A stretch of 64,000 nt of DNA, from contig OZ244799.1 of the NCBI GenBank assembly GCA_965219955.1, positions 96,001 to 160,000 on the forward strand, in the 5' to 3' direction. Below the pieces are notes generated by a model. That model did not search any database and had not been told where the DNA came from. It saw only the letters and a list, made by a program, of their open reading frames with translations. A program made the position numbers and the translations under genes. Origin of the DNA: a bacterium (lineage in GTDB: Bacteria > UBA8248). The stretch's first letter is position 1. The number at the start of each line of letters is the position of its first letter. Below, in pieces: positions 31,117-41,711 of the stretch.

Positions 31117-32832
31117 TCACTCCGCCTTTTCGAGCATCTCTCTCGCGTGTTCTCTGGCCGCATCGGTGATTTCGAGTCCCGTTCCCATTCGGGCGATCTC
31201 CTCCACGCGCTCATGATCGTCTAAAAGCTCGACGCGCGTCTGGGTGCGTTCTCCGGCGACGTGTTTTTCCACGCGGAAGTGGCGGTTGCCCAGGCTCGCG
31301 ACCTGAGGCAGGTGGGTGACGACGAGCACCTGGTGGCTCACCGATACGCCTTTCAGCTTTCTGCCCACCACCTCGGCCACCGCTCCGCCGATCCCTGCAT
31401 CGACCTCGTCGAATATCAGGGTGGGTATCAGGTCGGCGCGCCTCAGGACGGATTCGAGAGCCAGCATCAGCCGCGATAGTTCACCGCCCGAGGCGACGCG
31501 GCTCAGCGGCCTCGGCGGCTCGCCGGGGTTGGGCGAGAAGTGAAACTGGGCGCGGTCGACTCCGTCTGCTCGAACGGCCACCGCCTGTCCGTTTACTTTG
31601 ATGAAACCCTCGGGGTCGTCTTGATGCGTGATGAGCGTCTGGAATTTGGCGCCCACGAGGCCCAACTCACACAGGGCCTCTTCCATGCGCGCATCCAGGC
31701 TTTCGGCGGCGCGCGTTCTTTTCTCGGATAACGCGAGGGCGGCTTTCACGAGTTTGGCCCTGATCGCTTCGCGCGCGTCCACGAGGCGCGCCTCGGTTCC
31801 CTCTTCATCCGAGATGGCGGTGAGGCTGTTCCGGCACTCATCGAGAAAGGCCAGGCATTCGGCCTCGTCGCTCCCGTATTTTCTGATCATCTCGCGTATC
31901 AGCGCGCGCCTGGCTTCCAGGGCTTCCAGGCGTTCGGGGTCGTGCTCGATTCCTTCCGCATAGCCGCGAATCGAATCGGCGAGGCTCTCCAGTTGCGCCT
32001 GCGCGGATGCGGCTTCCTCCGCAAGGGAACCCAGGGATTTATCGAGATCGCCCATGCCTTCGAGTTCGCGCTGGATTTCGCCCGTTTTCTCGACCACAGA
32101 TCCTTCCGCCTCGTATAGCCGCTCATAGAGCGAGGCAGCGCCTTCTATCAGGCGGCCCGCGTTTCTGAGTCTCGGCAGTTCGGCCTCGATTTCCGCCAGT
32201 TCACCTGAGCGCAGCGCGGCTTTTTCGAGTTCTTCCACCTGAAACCGCAGGAGGTCCGCCCTCTGGGCGCGCTCGCGCACGCCGTCACGGTGCGCGCTCA
32301 GTTTTTCCTCGGCGGTTTTCAGTTCGCGCACCAATTCGCCCAGTGCAGCTCGCGCTCCGCTCGTTCCCGCGAAATCATCGAGAAGCCCCAGGTGGCTTGC
32401 GGGGCGCAGAAGGCTTTGGTGCGCGTGCTGGCCGTGGATGTTCACGAGGCGCTCGCCCACCCGGGAGAGCAGCGACGCCGTGCCGAGGACGCCGTTCAGG
32501 TAGATGCGGCTTCTGCCCGCCTCCGCCACCCGGCGCCGCACGATGAGTTCGCCGCCTTCTTCCACCTCCACGCCCGCTTCTTCGAGCAGCGAGCGGGCGG
32601 CGTTGCCGCCCGCGGTATCGGGAATCTCGAAGAGGGATTCGACCACCGCCTCTTTAGCGCCACCGCGAACGATGTCGCCCCCTGCGCGCGCGCCCAGGGT
32701 GAGGTTCAAGGCGTCAAAAATGATGGATTTCCCGGCGCCCGTCTCGCCCGTCAGGACGTTCAGGCCGGAGCCGAAGGCGATTTCCAGGTCGTCGATGATG
32801 GCGAAATTCGCGATCTTGAGGAGGCGGAGCAT
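31117..32832 (-). CDS. recN: DNA repair protein RecN
   Basis: LTGETGAGKS, IHGQH, ASGGELSR, FDEVDAGIGG, VTHLPQVA. Confidence 0.96.
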   Translation of the reverse strand: MLRLLKIANFAIIDDLEIAFGSGLNVLTGETGAGKSIIFDALNLTLGARAGGDIVRGGAKEAVVESLFEIPDTAGGNAARSLLEEAGVEVEEGGELIVRRRVAEAGRSRIYLNGVLGTASLLSRVGERLVNIHGQHAHQSLLRPASHLGLLDDFAGTSGARAALGELVRELKTAEEKLSAHRDGVRERAQRADLLRFQVEELEKAALRSGELAEIEAELPRLRNAGRLIEGAASLYERLYEAEGSVVEKTGEIQRELEGMGDLDKSLGSLAEEAASAQAQLESLADSIRGYAEGIEHDPERLEALEARRALIREMIRKYGSDEAECLAFLDECRNSLTAISDEEGTEARLVDAREAIRAKLVKAALALSEKRTRAAESLDARMEEALCELGLVGAKFQTLITHQDDPEGFIKVNGQAVAVRADGVDRAQFHFSPNPGEPPRPLSRVASGGELSRLMLALESVLRRADLIPTLIFDEVDAGIGGAVAEVVGRKLKGVSVSHQVLVVTHLPQVASLGNRHFRVEKHVAGERTQTRVELLDDHERVEEIARMGTGLEITDAAREHAREMLEKAE

Positions 32833-32838
32833 GGGATT

Positions 32839-33744
32839 TTACGTCTTCCGGCCGCCGCGCGGGTGGGTCTCCCACAAGAGTTTTTCCCTCAAGGTCTGGA
32901 AGAAATCCGCACCCTTGGGCCTGATGATACGCACGGGGGTGCGGCTTTTCCTGATTTTCACCGAATCGCCCGCCTCGAGCTCGCACCCGGGGAAGCCGTC
33001 GAGCGTGAGGAGAACCTCGCGTCCCTCCGCTTCGGTATCCGGGAAGATGGTGATTTCAAGCTCCGTCTCGGCGGGGACGACGATGGGCCGGTTGCTGAGC
33101 GTGTGCGGGCATATCGGGTTGATGAGCATCACGTTCAGATCGGGCAGCACGAGCGGCCCGCCCGCGGAGAGCGAATAGGCCGTGGAGCCCGTTGGCGTGG
33201 CGACGATGAGGCCGTCCGCTCGGAAATAGCCCAGATGCCTGCCTTCCATCTGGACCTCGAATTCGACCATGCGCGCCAGAGGCCCGGTGGTGAGCACGAT
33301 GTCGTTCAGCGTATCGGACAGCGCGGGCGCCGCGCCCCCGTTGATTTGAACCTCCGCGCCCAGCCGCATCCGCGATTCGATGGAAAACTCTTTTTTGACG
33401 AGTATCCGCTCCAGCGCCGGGTAGAGTTCGGCCTGGGGGATGTCCGCCAGAAAGCCCAGGTGCCCTGTGTTGATGCCCAAAAGCAGCGGGGATTCCTCCC
33501 CGATGTTGTGCGCGGTGCGCAGCATGGAGCCGTCGCCGCCGAAGACGATCACCAGGTCGGCGCGCTTGACGACCTCCTCGCGCGCTGCGCCCGTTTCCTC
33601 TCCCGCCATCTGCGCCGTGTCCTGATCGAGATGGACCTCGAAGCCCCTTTCTTTCAGCCACGCGGTAAGGCCGGTGAAGTCGAGCGGGCTTTTTTGCGCT
33701 TCCGCCCATGCGGTCAGTGCGATGCGTTCAATGTTCGTCGCCAC
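32839..33744 (-). CDS. nadK: NAD kinase
   Basis: GGDGS, GINTGHLGFL, LND, DGLIVATPTGSTAYSLSAGG; GTG start after AGGAG. Confidence 0.94.
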   Translation of the reverse strand: MATNIERIALTAWAEAQKSPLDFTGLTAWLKERGFEVHLDQDTAQMAGEETGAAREEVVKRADLVIVFGGDGSMLRTAHNIGEESPLLLGINTGHLGFLADIPQAELYPALERILVKKEFSIESRMRLGAEVQINGGAAPALSDTLNDIVLTTGPLARMVEFEVQMEGRHLGYFRADGLIVATPTGSTAYSLSAGGPLVLPDLNVMLINPICPHTLSNRPIVVPAETELEITIFPDTEAEGREVLLTLDGFPGCELEAGDSVKIRKSRTPVRIIRPKGADFFQTLREKLLWETHPRGGRKT

Positions 33745-33817
33745 GTGTTGAATCTCCTGAATCAGCCTCGGTGGCAAGGTATCCCAGGGTCTGCGCCCCG
33801 GCAACCGCGCCCGCCGT

Positions 33818-34735
33818 TCATCCGCGCGCCTTCATCGCGGCGTCTTTTCTTCGCCGGGGCAGACGCCGCCAGTAGCGGCAGGCGTCCTGAAGCGGGCAGC
33901 CCGCGCAGAGTTTGATGTCTCTTTTGCTCGGGCAATGCTTCAAGATGCCCATCCGCGAGATGGCGAAATCGTAGCGCACCGGGTCGACCGGGTCGATGCG
34001 CTTCAGGTTTCTGGTGATCTCGAGCGCCATCTTTAAGTCGGGCGTCTTCCTGTCGGTGAGTCCGAGCAGACGCCCGATGCGCGCGATGTGGGTGTCGAGC
34101 GGGATGATGAGCTGGTGGGTTTTCGGCGTCTTCCAGAGGCCCAGGTCCAGGCCGTCGTCGGGGCGCACCATCCACCTGAGAAACAGGTGAAGCCGCTTGC
34201 ACGCGCTGCCGCTCCCGGGGTCGGGCAGGAGATAGGAAATGCCGCGCTCGATTTTCGCGTTCGCGGGCGCCGCCGGGAGGGAGCGGAACAGGCGCTCCCT
34301 GAATCTTTTGAGCGCTCCCTGGAGGGTTTCCTCTTCCGCGCAATAGCCTTTGAGAAAAAGCGCTTCGAGCGATCCCTCGCGCTTGAGCGCGGCGCCGATC
34401 GCCTGGGCGAAAAAACCAATGGCCTCAGGGCCTACCCACCGGTGGTAGAGGCCCTCGAAGAGGCGCGCGCTCTCCCCGGGAAGCTGGTTGCGCAGCGCGT
34501 CGGCGGGCCGGGGGCCGAGCCGCTCCATGATGCGCTTGACGCTTACGCGTATGGCGGCGGCGTTGCCGAAGGCCAGCGATGCGCTCAGAAATGCAGCGAC
34601 CTCGCGATCCCGCGCGCCCCGGTAGGCGTGCGCGATCCCGAGCGGGTCGGTGGCGAGATAGGCGTCGTGATAGGTGCGGGCGAGCGCGTCGAGCTTTTCC
34701 TTGAGAAGCGGGACGTCTCTCTCCCTGAGAGGCAC
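33818..34735 (-). CDS. TIGR02757/DUF2400 family protein
   Basis: DP, SACKRLHLFLRWMVR, DLGLW, PLDTH, DPVRYDFA. Confidence 0.88.
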   Translation of the reverse strand: MPLRERDVPLLKEKLDALARTYHDAYLATDPLGIAHAYRGARDREVAAFLSASLAFGNAAAIRVSVKRIMERLGPRPADALRNQLPGESARLFEGLYHRWVGPEAIGFFAQAIGAALKREGSLEALFLKGYCAEEETLQGALKRFRERLFRSLPAAPANAKIERGISYLLPDPGSGSACKRLHLFLRWMVRPDDGLDLGLWKTPKTHQLIIPLDTHIARIGRLLGLTDRKTPDLKMALEITRNLKRIDPVDPVRYDFAISRMGILKHCPSKRDIKLCAGCPLQDACRYWRRLPRRRKDAAMKARG

Positions 34736-35184
34736 TAGAACGCGCCCCTGGAATCCAGCAGCAGGGTGACGGGGCCGTCGTTCACGAGTTCGACTTCCAT
34801 CATCGCGCCGAAGCGGCCCGCCGCGACCGGGACCCCCCGTTTTCCGACCTGCGCGACGAATCGCTCATAGAGAGGCTCCGCCTGCTCGGGCGGGGCCGCG
34901 GCGATGAAGGCGGGACGCCTTCCCTTTCGGCAGTCGCCGTGCAAGGTGAACTGGCTGACGACGAGCATGGCTCCGCCCGCGTCGAGAAGCGAGAGGTTCA
35001 TTTTCTGCGCTTCATCCGGGAATATCCTTAAACCGGCGATTTTCCCGGCGAGGAAATCGACGTCTTTTTCGGTATCCTCGCGCCCGACTCCCAGGAAAAC
35101 GAGGAGTCCGGCCCGGATTTCTCCAACCACCTCCGAATCCACCCGGACGCGGGCCTCGCTCACGCGCTGAACAACGGCTCTCAT
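34735..35184 (-). CDS. dtd: D-aminoacyl-tRNA deacylase
   Basis: [26 protein letters not shown]. Confidence 0.96.
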   Translation of the reverse strand: MRAVVQRVSEARVRVDSEVVGEIRAGLLVFLGVGREDTEKDVDFLAGKIAGLRIFPDEAQKMNLSLLDAGGAMLVVSQFTLHGDCRKGRRPAFIAAAPPEQAEPLYERFVAQVGKRGVPVAAGRFGAMMEVELVNDGPVTLLLDSRGAF

Positions 35185-35463
35185 TTCCGCTCATCCCGTA
35201 AGGTCATTTCACTTTCTCCAGGCCGCCACCATCCCGTTTGCGCTATATGTCGGCGATGGGTCCAGAATATACGCCGAGTCTCTTGAAATTCAACGCTCTC
35301 GAACCTCATCCCGCCCGGATCGCGTTTTCATATCCCCTGTCTCTCTGGTCCTGGTTGAAATACGGGGAGCAATGTGCGAGAAATCATTTGCAAAATTTTT
35401 CGCACAACTCACTCACGTAATGGCGAATACGCATCATATTCTTAGCCACAATGGGGGCGGCCC

Positions 35464-36066
35464 TTGTCCAGCGCGGAGAAATTGTCCAGGAAAAAGGTGT
35501 TCACCACGTTCGAAGTCGCGGAGATTTGCGACGTCACGCCGGTTACGATTCAAAACTGGATAGACAAGGGCTGGCTGCGCGCATACCGGACGCCCGGGGG
35601 CCACAGGAGGGTGAGAAAAGAGGCGCTTCTCGCTTTTCTGGAATCGCGCAACATACCCCATCCTTTCCCGGAGAGGGGGGGAGTTCCCCGGGTGCTCATC
35701 GTGAACGGCGACCAGGGCCTCGCCGATTCTCTCAGAGAAGCGCTCCTGTTCGGTGAGTCAGGCTATGAAATTCAAGTGGCGCGCGACGGGTTCCGGGCAG
35801 GCGTCCTTTATTCGACCTCGCATCCGGATGTGGTGATACTCGACCTGAATCATTCGAATGTCGATGGCTACGAGGTGTGCCGCCAGATCAAGCAGAGCGA
35901 AGCCGGCGGCGAAACGGTCGTCCTGGCGTTCGACGGCGGCGATGGGGAAGGGCGCAGGCGCATTCTTGACATGGGCGCGGCGCATTGCCTGCCCAAGCCG
36001 GTGGATGCGGCGAGTCTCAGGAATCTGGTGAAAGAGGCCGTCCTGAATCGCTGGAGATCCGCGTAG
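35464..36066 (+). CDS. Response regulator with N-terminal excisionase/MerR-like HTH
   Basis: TTFEVAEIC...WIDKG...RTPGGHRR plus receiver domain (ILDL, DGYEVC, KP). Confidence 0.88.
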   Translation: MSSAEKLSRKKVFTTFEVAEICDVTPVTIQNWIDKGWLRAYRTPGGHRRVRKEALLAFLESRNIPHPFPERGGVPRVLIVNGDQGLADSLREALLFGESGYEIQVARDGFRAGVLYSTSHPDVVILDLNHSNVDGYEVCRQIKQSEAGGETVVLAFDGGDGEGRRRILDMGAAHCLPKPVDAASLRNLVKEAVLNRWRSA

Positions 36067-36463
36067 GCGGATGTTGAAAAAGTCCCCCAAGAAGTTGTTG
36101 ATTCCCTCCAATCGAGAGTGTTCACCGTCATTCCGGCGAAAGCCGGAATCCATCCGCCTTTCGTTTTTATGGTGTAACCCCGACAAGAGGGGTTGGATGG
36201 GGCACGGCAAGGAGGGATGGGAAGATTGTTTTCCGATGTCCTGAGTAAGCGCCATATCACCCTCACCCTGAGTAGCCGCCGTAGGCGGCGTATCGAAGGG
36301 CGCTCCTCTCGGACAGGCGGCCGGCCTCCCTCGATACTACGCGCAAGCGCGCCTACTCGGGATGAGGAAGGTCGAACTCGACCGATGAGGGGTTGTAGAA
36401 AAGGCCCTTCTGACAAGGGGGGATAGGAGCGGCGCCCCCGACGAGGGCTTTTTCAACACCCCC
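36067..36463. mobile_element. MITE-like element (397 bp) carrying CGTC and CTGAGTAG REPs
   Basis: gcggatgttgaaaaag ... ctttttcaacaccccc; flanking direct repeat gtag (36063-36066 and 36464-36467). Confidence 0.75.
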
Positions 36464-36531
36464 GTAGGCACGCCTCGTGGTTTTCATGGCGGGGTTTGCG
36501 GCGTCATCGCGTGCCGGGCTGAAACGTGTTG

Positions 36532-37419
36532 CTAGTTCTCCTCGGGCGCATCCTCATCGGCGCCCCGGTTTCTCAGGAAGCGCTCCAGTTCCCTGGCCAG
36601 ATCATCTCCCGAGGGAAGCTCGCCCGGCTGGGGTTCTTCATCGAAGCCGTCGTCTCTGAGCTTGAGCTGCTCCACGTAGTCTCGCACCGACTTGTTTTTC
36701 TCCAGCGCTTCATCGACCTTCTCTTCGAATTCATGCGCGCCCGCCTCGAGTTCGGAGAGATTCAGGGGATAGGAGAGAAACTCGCTGAGCCGCTCCACGA
36801 GAGCGAGCGCCGCTTTCGGGTTGGGCGTCACGTTCACGTAGTGGGGCACGTTCGCCCAGACGCTCACGGCGGGCAGGCTCTCGTCCCGGAACAGATTGTT
36901 CAGCACGCCGACGATTCCGGTGGGGCCCTCATAGCGCGAGGGCTTGAGGCCCAGTTGAGAGGCCAGATCGGGGTTCGTGGAGGTTCCGGTGATCCGGACG
37001 CGGCTCCGGTGGTAGACGTCGGCGAGCAGGGCGCCCACCGTCACGGCCATCCGCACCCGGCATTCGCGCACCATGGATAAAATGATTTTGGAAAAGCGTC
37101 CCCATTGCAGATGAGGCTCTACGCCCAGGAACACCACCACGTCGTGTTCGAGGTTCGGCGTCTCGCATGCGTAGAACGTGTTCGAGGGCCAGGTGATCTT
37201 TCGGCGGCTGTCCTCATCGAGGCTGACGTGGGGCCGCATGTCCTGAAAATTGTAGAACGGGTCGGAATCGATACGGGCGAATTCCAACCCCCCCATTTTC
37301 TCGGTGATGAAACTGGCGGCGGTCGTGGCGGCGCTGCTGGCGTCGTTCCAGCCCGCGAAAGCCATGAGGAGAGCGGGGTCTCGGAGCTTCGGCGTTTCCT
37401 GGATATTGAGATGTTCCAT
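36532..37419 (-). CDS. PAC2 family (proteasome assembly chaperone-like) protein
   Basis: AFAGWNDA, F...RP, GVEPHLQW, YEGPTGIVG, WANVPHY, ELERFLR. Confidence 0.88.
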   Translation of the reverse strand: MEHLNIQETPKLRDPALLMAFAGWNDASSAATTAASFITEKMGGLEFARIDSDPFYNFQDMRPHVSLDEDSRRKITWPSNTFYACETPNLEHDVVVFLGVEPHLQWGRFSKIILSMVRECRVRMAVTVGALLADVYHRSRVRITGTSTNPDLASQLGLKPSRYEGPTGIVGVLNNLFRDESLPAVSVWANVPHYVNVTPNPKAALALVERLSEFLSYPLNLSELEAGAHEFEEKVDEALEKNKSVRDYVEQLKLRDDGFDEEPQPGELPSGDDLARELERFLRNRGADEDAPEEN

Positions 37420-37672
37420 TTGGTTGTCCCCCCTGGGCCGCTTTATGACTCTTAAGTAAAAGGAAGATACGCATTGTATGAGGTCTCGGGTGGGGATTCA
37501 ATCCTTTATTTCGTGGTTTCCCGGGCGGCGTTTGATGGAGGCGCGCCCGTGGGATATAAATTTTCAGCCCGTGAGTCTGCGGCGCTTTCCGGCAGGGGGA
37601 GGCGATCTCCCTTCTTCCGGGGCGGAGGAGTAGAGGAGCGGGCCGAATGCGTTTTCGCCTGAGGGATGAGCC

Positions 37673-38455
37673 ATGAATGCGCCGGAACCGGCGGATATGA
37701 AGGACAAGGTGGTCCTGGTGACGGGCGGTTCGCGCGGCATCGGCGCCGCCATTGCGAGGCGCTTCGCGAGAGAGGGCGCGCACCTGGCGTTGAACCACAG
37801 GGACGGGAAGGGCCGCTCCGCCCGGATGGCGGACGAGCTTTGCCGCGAGGCCGAAGCCGGTGGTGGACGGGCGGTCGCCATCCCTGCGGACATTTCGAAA
37901 AAAGACGCCGTCAAGACCATGTTCGCGCAGGTGGAAGAGGAGTTCGGGCGGCTCGACGTGCTCATCCTGAACGCGGCGCGCGCGCCCTTCAAGCCGTGGG
38001 AAAAGCTGTTGGAGCGCGACCTCAAGCTCCTGGTGGAGACGAATTTTCTGGGCAACGTCTTCTGCCTGCAGGGGGCGCTTCCGCTGCTCTCGCGCCGGGG
38101 CGGGACCGTGGTGTTCATCTCGAGTCTCGGGGGTCGTTTCCATCATCCCGAATATCCGCTGGGGCCCATGAAGGCGGCCATGGAAGCGGCGGTCAGGCAT
38201 TGGGCGGAGAGTTTTGAAGATAAAGGCGTATCGGTCAACGCCGTCTGCGCGGGGCTGGTGAAGACGGATTCGTTCAAGACGCTGCGCAGGATTCAGCCGG
38301 AACTGGACGCGCTGCCGGAGCGTTATTTCGTGACGCCCGAGGAGGTGGCCGAATCGGTCTATTTTCTCGCGGGCGCCGGCGCGGCTTCCATACGCGGGCA
38401 GACTCTCGTGGTCGACAGGGGACTCAGCAACCGCCTGAACCGCCCCCCGGGGTGA
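37673..38455 (+). CDS. SDR oxidoreductase, FabL-like enoyl-ACP reductase candidate
   Basis: TGGSRGIG, LNAA, SSLG, Y..GPMKAAME; first gene of the lipid cluster. Confidence 0.75.
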   Translation: MNAPEPADMKDKVVLVTGGSRGIGAAIARRFAREGAHLALNHRDGKGRSARMADELCREAEAGGGRAVAIPADISKKDAVKTMFAQVEEEFGRLDVLILNAARAPFKPWEKLLERDLKLLVETNFLGNVFCLQGALPLLSRRGGTVVFISSLGGRFHHPEYPLGPMKAAMEAAVRHWAESFEDKGVSVNAVCAGLVKTDSFKTLRRIQPELDALPERYFVTPEEVAESVYFLAGAGAASIRGQTLVVDRGLSNRLNRPPG

Positions 38456-38590
38456 TGGAGCGGTGGAGATTCCCCGGAGAAGGTTGATTTTCGCTCCCCT
38501 CCTTGGTTGTATACGCTTGGATGCGTGGGGAATGTTTGCATGCGTCCCTACACGAGGACGGGCCGCGCTTGATCGTTACAGAGGACAACC

Positions 38591-39154
38591 ATGTCGCAAA
38601 ACCTGGTATCAGACGATACGATTTTGGAAGAGGTGAAAAAGGCGATCGCCCACACCACGGGAATCGACGAGGAAACCATCGAGCCGGACAGCTCCCTGGT
38701 GGATGACCTGGGCGTCTTGTCGCTCGATTTTCTGGACGTGAACTTTCGCCTCGAACAGGTGTTCGGCATCAAGATGGCGCGTAATTTCGTCCTGGAGCAC
38801 GTGGAGGAGATGTTCGGCGAAGGCGTGGCCATCGACGAGGAGAGCGAGGTGACGGAAACAGGTGTCGAGGTCTTGAAGCTGCGCTTGAACGAAGCCGCTG
38901 CGGATCTCGAGCCCGGCATCCCCGTGGATGAGCTGCCGTCCCTCGTTACGCCGAAGACGCTGGCGGGCGCGGTGCGCGACGTGCTGAACTGCCTGCCCGA
39001 GAAGAGCCCTGCGGGGGCGGACTGGAAGGCCGAGGACGGGACGCGCATCGTCTGCGCGCAGACGAACGAGCCCGCCGCCTTGCCCAGCGGGGACGACGTG
39101 GTTCAGAACTGGCTGAACCGGCTGCAGGAGGAAAGAGGCCTCTTCTCCTCCTGA
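38591..39154 (+). CDS. Extended acyl carrier protein (187 aa)
   Basis: LVDDLGVLSLDFLDVNFRLEQVFGIK phosphopantetheine site, with internal insertion and C-terminal extension. Confidence 0.85.
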   Translation: MSQNLVSDDTILEEVKKAIAHTTGIDEETIEPDSSLVDDLGVLSLDFLDVNFRLEQVFGIKMARNFVLEHVEEMFGEGVAIDEESEVTETGVEVLKLRLNEAAADLEPGIPVDELPSLVTPKTLAGAVRDVLNCLPEKSPAGADWKAEDGTRIVCAQTNEPAALPSGDDVVQNWLNRLQEERGLFSS

Positions 39155-39192
39155 GGCCGCGGGCTTCATCCAAGCCATTTTACCGGGAGAAC

Positions 39193-40509
39193 ATGGGAAT
39201 GGCCGGTAGCGGCAGACGGGTCGTGATCACCGGATACGGGGCGATGACGCCGCTGGGCGGGGACGTCGCCTCCACGTTCGACGCCGCGCGCGAGGGGCGC
39301 TCGGGAATCGACGTGGTCCGCCGCTTCGATCCCGAAAAACTTCCCTGCCGGATCGCCGGCGAGGTGGACGACGAATGGATCGTCTCGCAGGAGAACGGTG
39401 CTGCGCGCAGGCTCGATAAATTCTCCACCCGGGGCGTGCGGATGATGCGCGTGGCCGTATCCCAGGCGGCGCGCGCGGCGCGCCTGGATGAAGTTTCAGA
39501 GCGCAAGCGAATCGGCGTCGCGCTCGGCTCCCACGGCGACCACCCCGATGTCGAGGAGTTGCTCCGTATCTTCCCCTACTGGAAGCCGGAAGGCAGCGAT
39601 CCCTTGCAGGGCGGGTGGGACATCCAGGGACTCAAAAGCCGCGGCGCCTACGACCTGATGACGTTTTTCAGAAGAAAGTCCGACGTGGCGACCTCGGTCG
39701 TCGCTCTTGATTTCGACTGCCGGGGTCCCATGGTCTCCATCTGTTCGGCCTGCGCGGCGGGGGCGCAGGCGATCGGCGAATCGGTGCGCCTCATCCGCGA
39801 CGCGAAGGCCGACGTCATGGTGGCGGGCGGCTGCGAGGCGCCCATCACCTATGTCGGGTTTCTCGGCTTCGTCCTGCTCACCGCGCTCGTGGAGCGATAC
39901 GAAACCCCGCAGGGCGCGTCTCGGCCCTTCGACAGGAGGCGAAACGGCTTCGTGATGTCCGAAGGCGCGGGCGCGATGATACTCGAGAGCTACGAACACG
40001 CGCGTGCGCGAGGCGCCGAGGTCCTCGGCGAAGTGCTCGGCTACGGCGATTCCTCGGATGCGTTTCGCATCACCGACATGCACCCGAGGGGTCTGGGCGC
40101 GGTGTTCGCCATGAAAAAGGCGATCGAGGACGCGCGGCTCGCGCCCGATGCCGTCGAATACATCAACGCGCACGGCACCTCGACGCCCAAGAACGATTCC
40201 ACCGAAACCAGGGCCATCAAGGAGGTGTTCGGCGCCCACGCGGAGAAGATACCCGTCAGCTCGAATAAATCCATGATCGGCCACACCATCGGCGCGGCCG
40301 GGGCCGTCGAGGCGATTCTGGCCGTGGAGGGGATGCGCCGCTCGGAGATGCTGCCGACCATCAACTACCAGAACCGCGACCCCAAGTGCGACCTCGACTA
40401 CGTGCCCAACGAGACGAGGGCGCAGGCGCACCGCGTGGCTCTCTCCAACAGTTTCGGTTTCGGCGGGCAGAACGCCTGTCTTTGCCTGGGCGGTCCCGGG
40501 ATCGCGTGA
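39193..40509 (+). CDS. Beta-ketoacyl-ACP synthase (FabF-like, intact Cys-His-His)
   Basis: [25 protein letters not shown]. Confidence 0.93.
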   Translation: MGMAGSGRRVVITGYGAMTPLGGDVASTFDAAREGRSGIDVVRRFDPEKLPCRIAGEVDDEWIVSQENGAARRLDKFSTRGVRMMRVAVSQAARAARLDEVSERKRIGVALGSHGDHPDVEELLRIFPYWKPEGSDPLQGGWDIQGLKSRGAYDLMTFFRRKSDVATSVVALDFDCRGPMVSICSACAAGAQAIGESVRLIRDAKADVMVAGGCEAPITYVGFLGFVLLTALVERYETPQGASRPFDRRRNGFVMSEGAGAMILESYEHARARGAEVLGEVLGYGDSSDAFRITDMHPRGLGAVFAMKKAIEDARLAPDAVEYINAHGTSTPKNDSTETRAIKEVFGAHAEKIPVSSNKSMIGHTIGAAGAVEAILAVEGMRRSEMLPTINYQNRDPKCDLDYVPNETRAQAHRVALSNSFGFGGQNACLCLGGPGIA

Positions 40510-41696
40510 GGTTGCCGCCCATTCCGATCACCGGCGCCGGCCTGGTAACGGCGGCCGGTCGAGGCGTCGAACCCGCCTGGAAGGCGCTTTGCGCGGGCCG
40601 CTCCCTCCTTACGCCGGATGCCGATCCCGAACTCGCCGGTTTTCCCCCCATCGAAACGGCGCGGTGCGCGCGGATCGATCCCGAATCCATCGGGGCGGAC
40701 CGCCGCGCGGCGAGAATCATGGGCCACCACACCCACATGCTCCTGGCGGCGATTCACGATGTGGCGGCTGAAGCCCCCGCCGGCCCGGCGGTTGCGGAAG
40801 AAGAAATCGCCTTTTTCGCGGGCATGGACTCGGTCGATCCGGGAAAAGACGATTTGGTGGGCGCGGTGAGGGAATCGGAAAGTCTGGTGGACCTGGGGCA
40901 TTTCTTCAGCGAGGGGATGGACGCCATCCCCCCGCTCTGGCCGCTCGGGTTGTTGAACGCGATTGGCTTCAGCCAGGCGGCGATTCAGCAGGGGTGGCGC
41001 GGCGAGAACGCCGTGTTCAGCGCGGGTCCGGAGGCGACGGCGCGCGCCGTCTGCGAGGCGGCGGACTCCGTGGGGGCGGGCAAGGCGAAGCTCGCTCTTT
41101 GCGCCGGTGTGAGCGGGGTGATTTCCGCCCGGATGCTGGCCCGTGCGCAGCGGGACGGTATCTGGCCCCGGGCCGGGGGGCTGGGCGAGGGAGCGGGCGT
41201 GATTCGCTTTGAGGAGCCCGGGGATGCCGACCCATCTGATATTCTTGGCTGGTTCAAGGGGCATTGCTCTGTTCGCGCGTTAGAAAAAAGAGGCGGCCTC
41301 GCGCGCGCGGTTCAGGAATCGGCCCGGGGAGCGCTCACAAGTGCTGGTCTCGAGCCCGATGATGTAGACCTCCTCGTGATTCATGGAGAAGGCGAATCCG
41401 GGGCGGATGGCGCGGAGGCGGAGGCGGTTTCCGCCGTTTTCGGGGCTCACAAACCTTGGGGGCTTGCGACGAAGGGCGTATTCGGCCACCTTTGGGGGGG
41501 AAGCCCGGCGCTGGACCTGATCATGGCGATAAAGGCGCTGGCCGAAGGCACGCCGCCCGCACCGCCCGCAGCGGCGGGCGGATTGTTTCGTGACGCGGCG
41601 GACGGCTCCGGGCGGAATGAGCTTAATAACGCGCTCGTGCTGCTTCAGGGCTTCGGCGGCGTATGCTCAGGGCTGGTGGTGGGAAAAAACGCTTGA
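40506..41696 (+). CDS. KS-like protein lacking the catalytic Cys (chain-length-factor-like)
   Basis: ITGAGLVT, SAGPEA in place of SAC, HGEG, GHLWG; GTG start overlaps the upstream stop. Confidence 0.8.
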   Translation: MRLPPIPITGAGLVTAAGRGVEPAWKALCAGRSLLTPDADPELAGFPPIETARCARIDPESIGADRRAARIMGHHTHMLLAAIHDVAAEAPAGPAVAEEEIAFFAGMDSVDPGKDDLVGAVRESESLVDLGHFFSEGMDAIPPLWPLGLLNAIGFSQAAIQQGWRGENAVFSAGPEATARAVCEAADSVGAGKAKLALCAGVSGVISARMLARAQRDGIWPRAGGLGEGAGVIRFEEPGDADPSDILGWFKGHCSVRALEKRGGLARAVQESARGALTSAGLEPDDVDLLVIHGEGESGADGAEAEAVSAVFGAHKPWGLATKGVFGHLWGGSPALDLIMAIKALAEGTPPAPPAAAGGLFRDAADGSGRNELNNALVLLQGFGGVCSGLVVGKNA

Positions 41697-41711
41697 CGGG
41701 AGAACGGGAAA

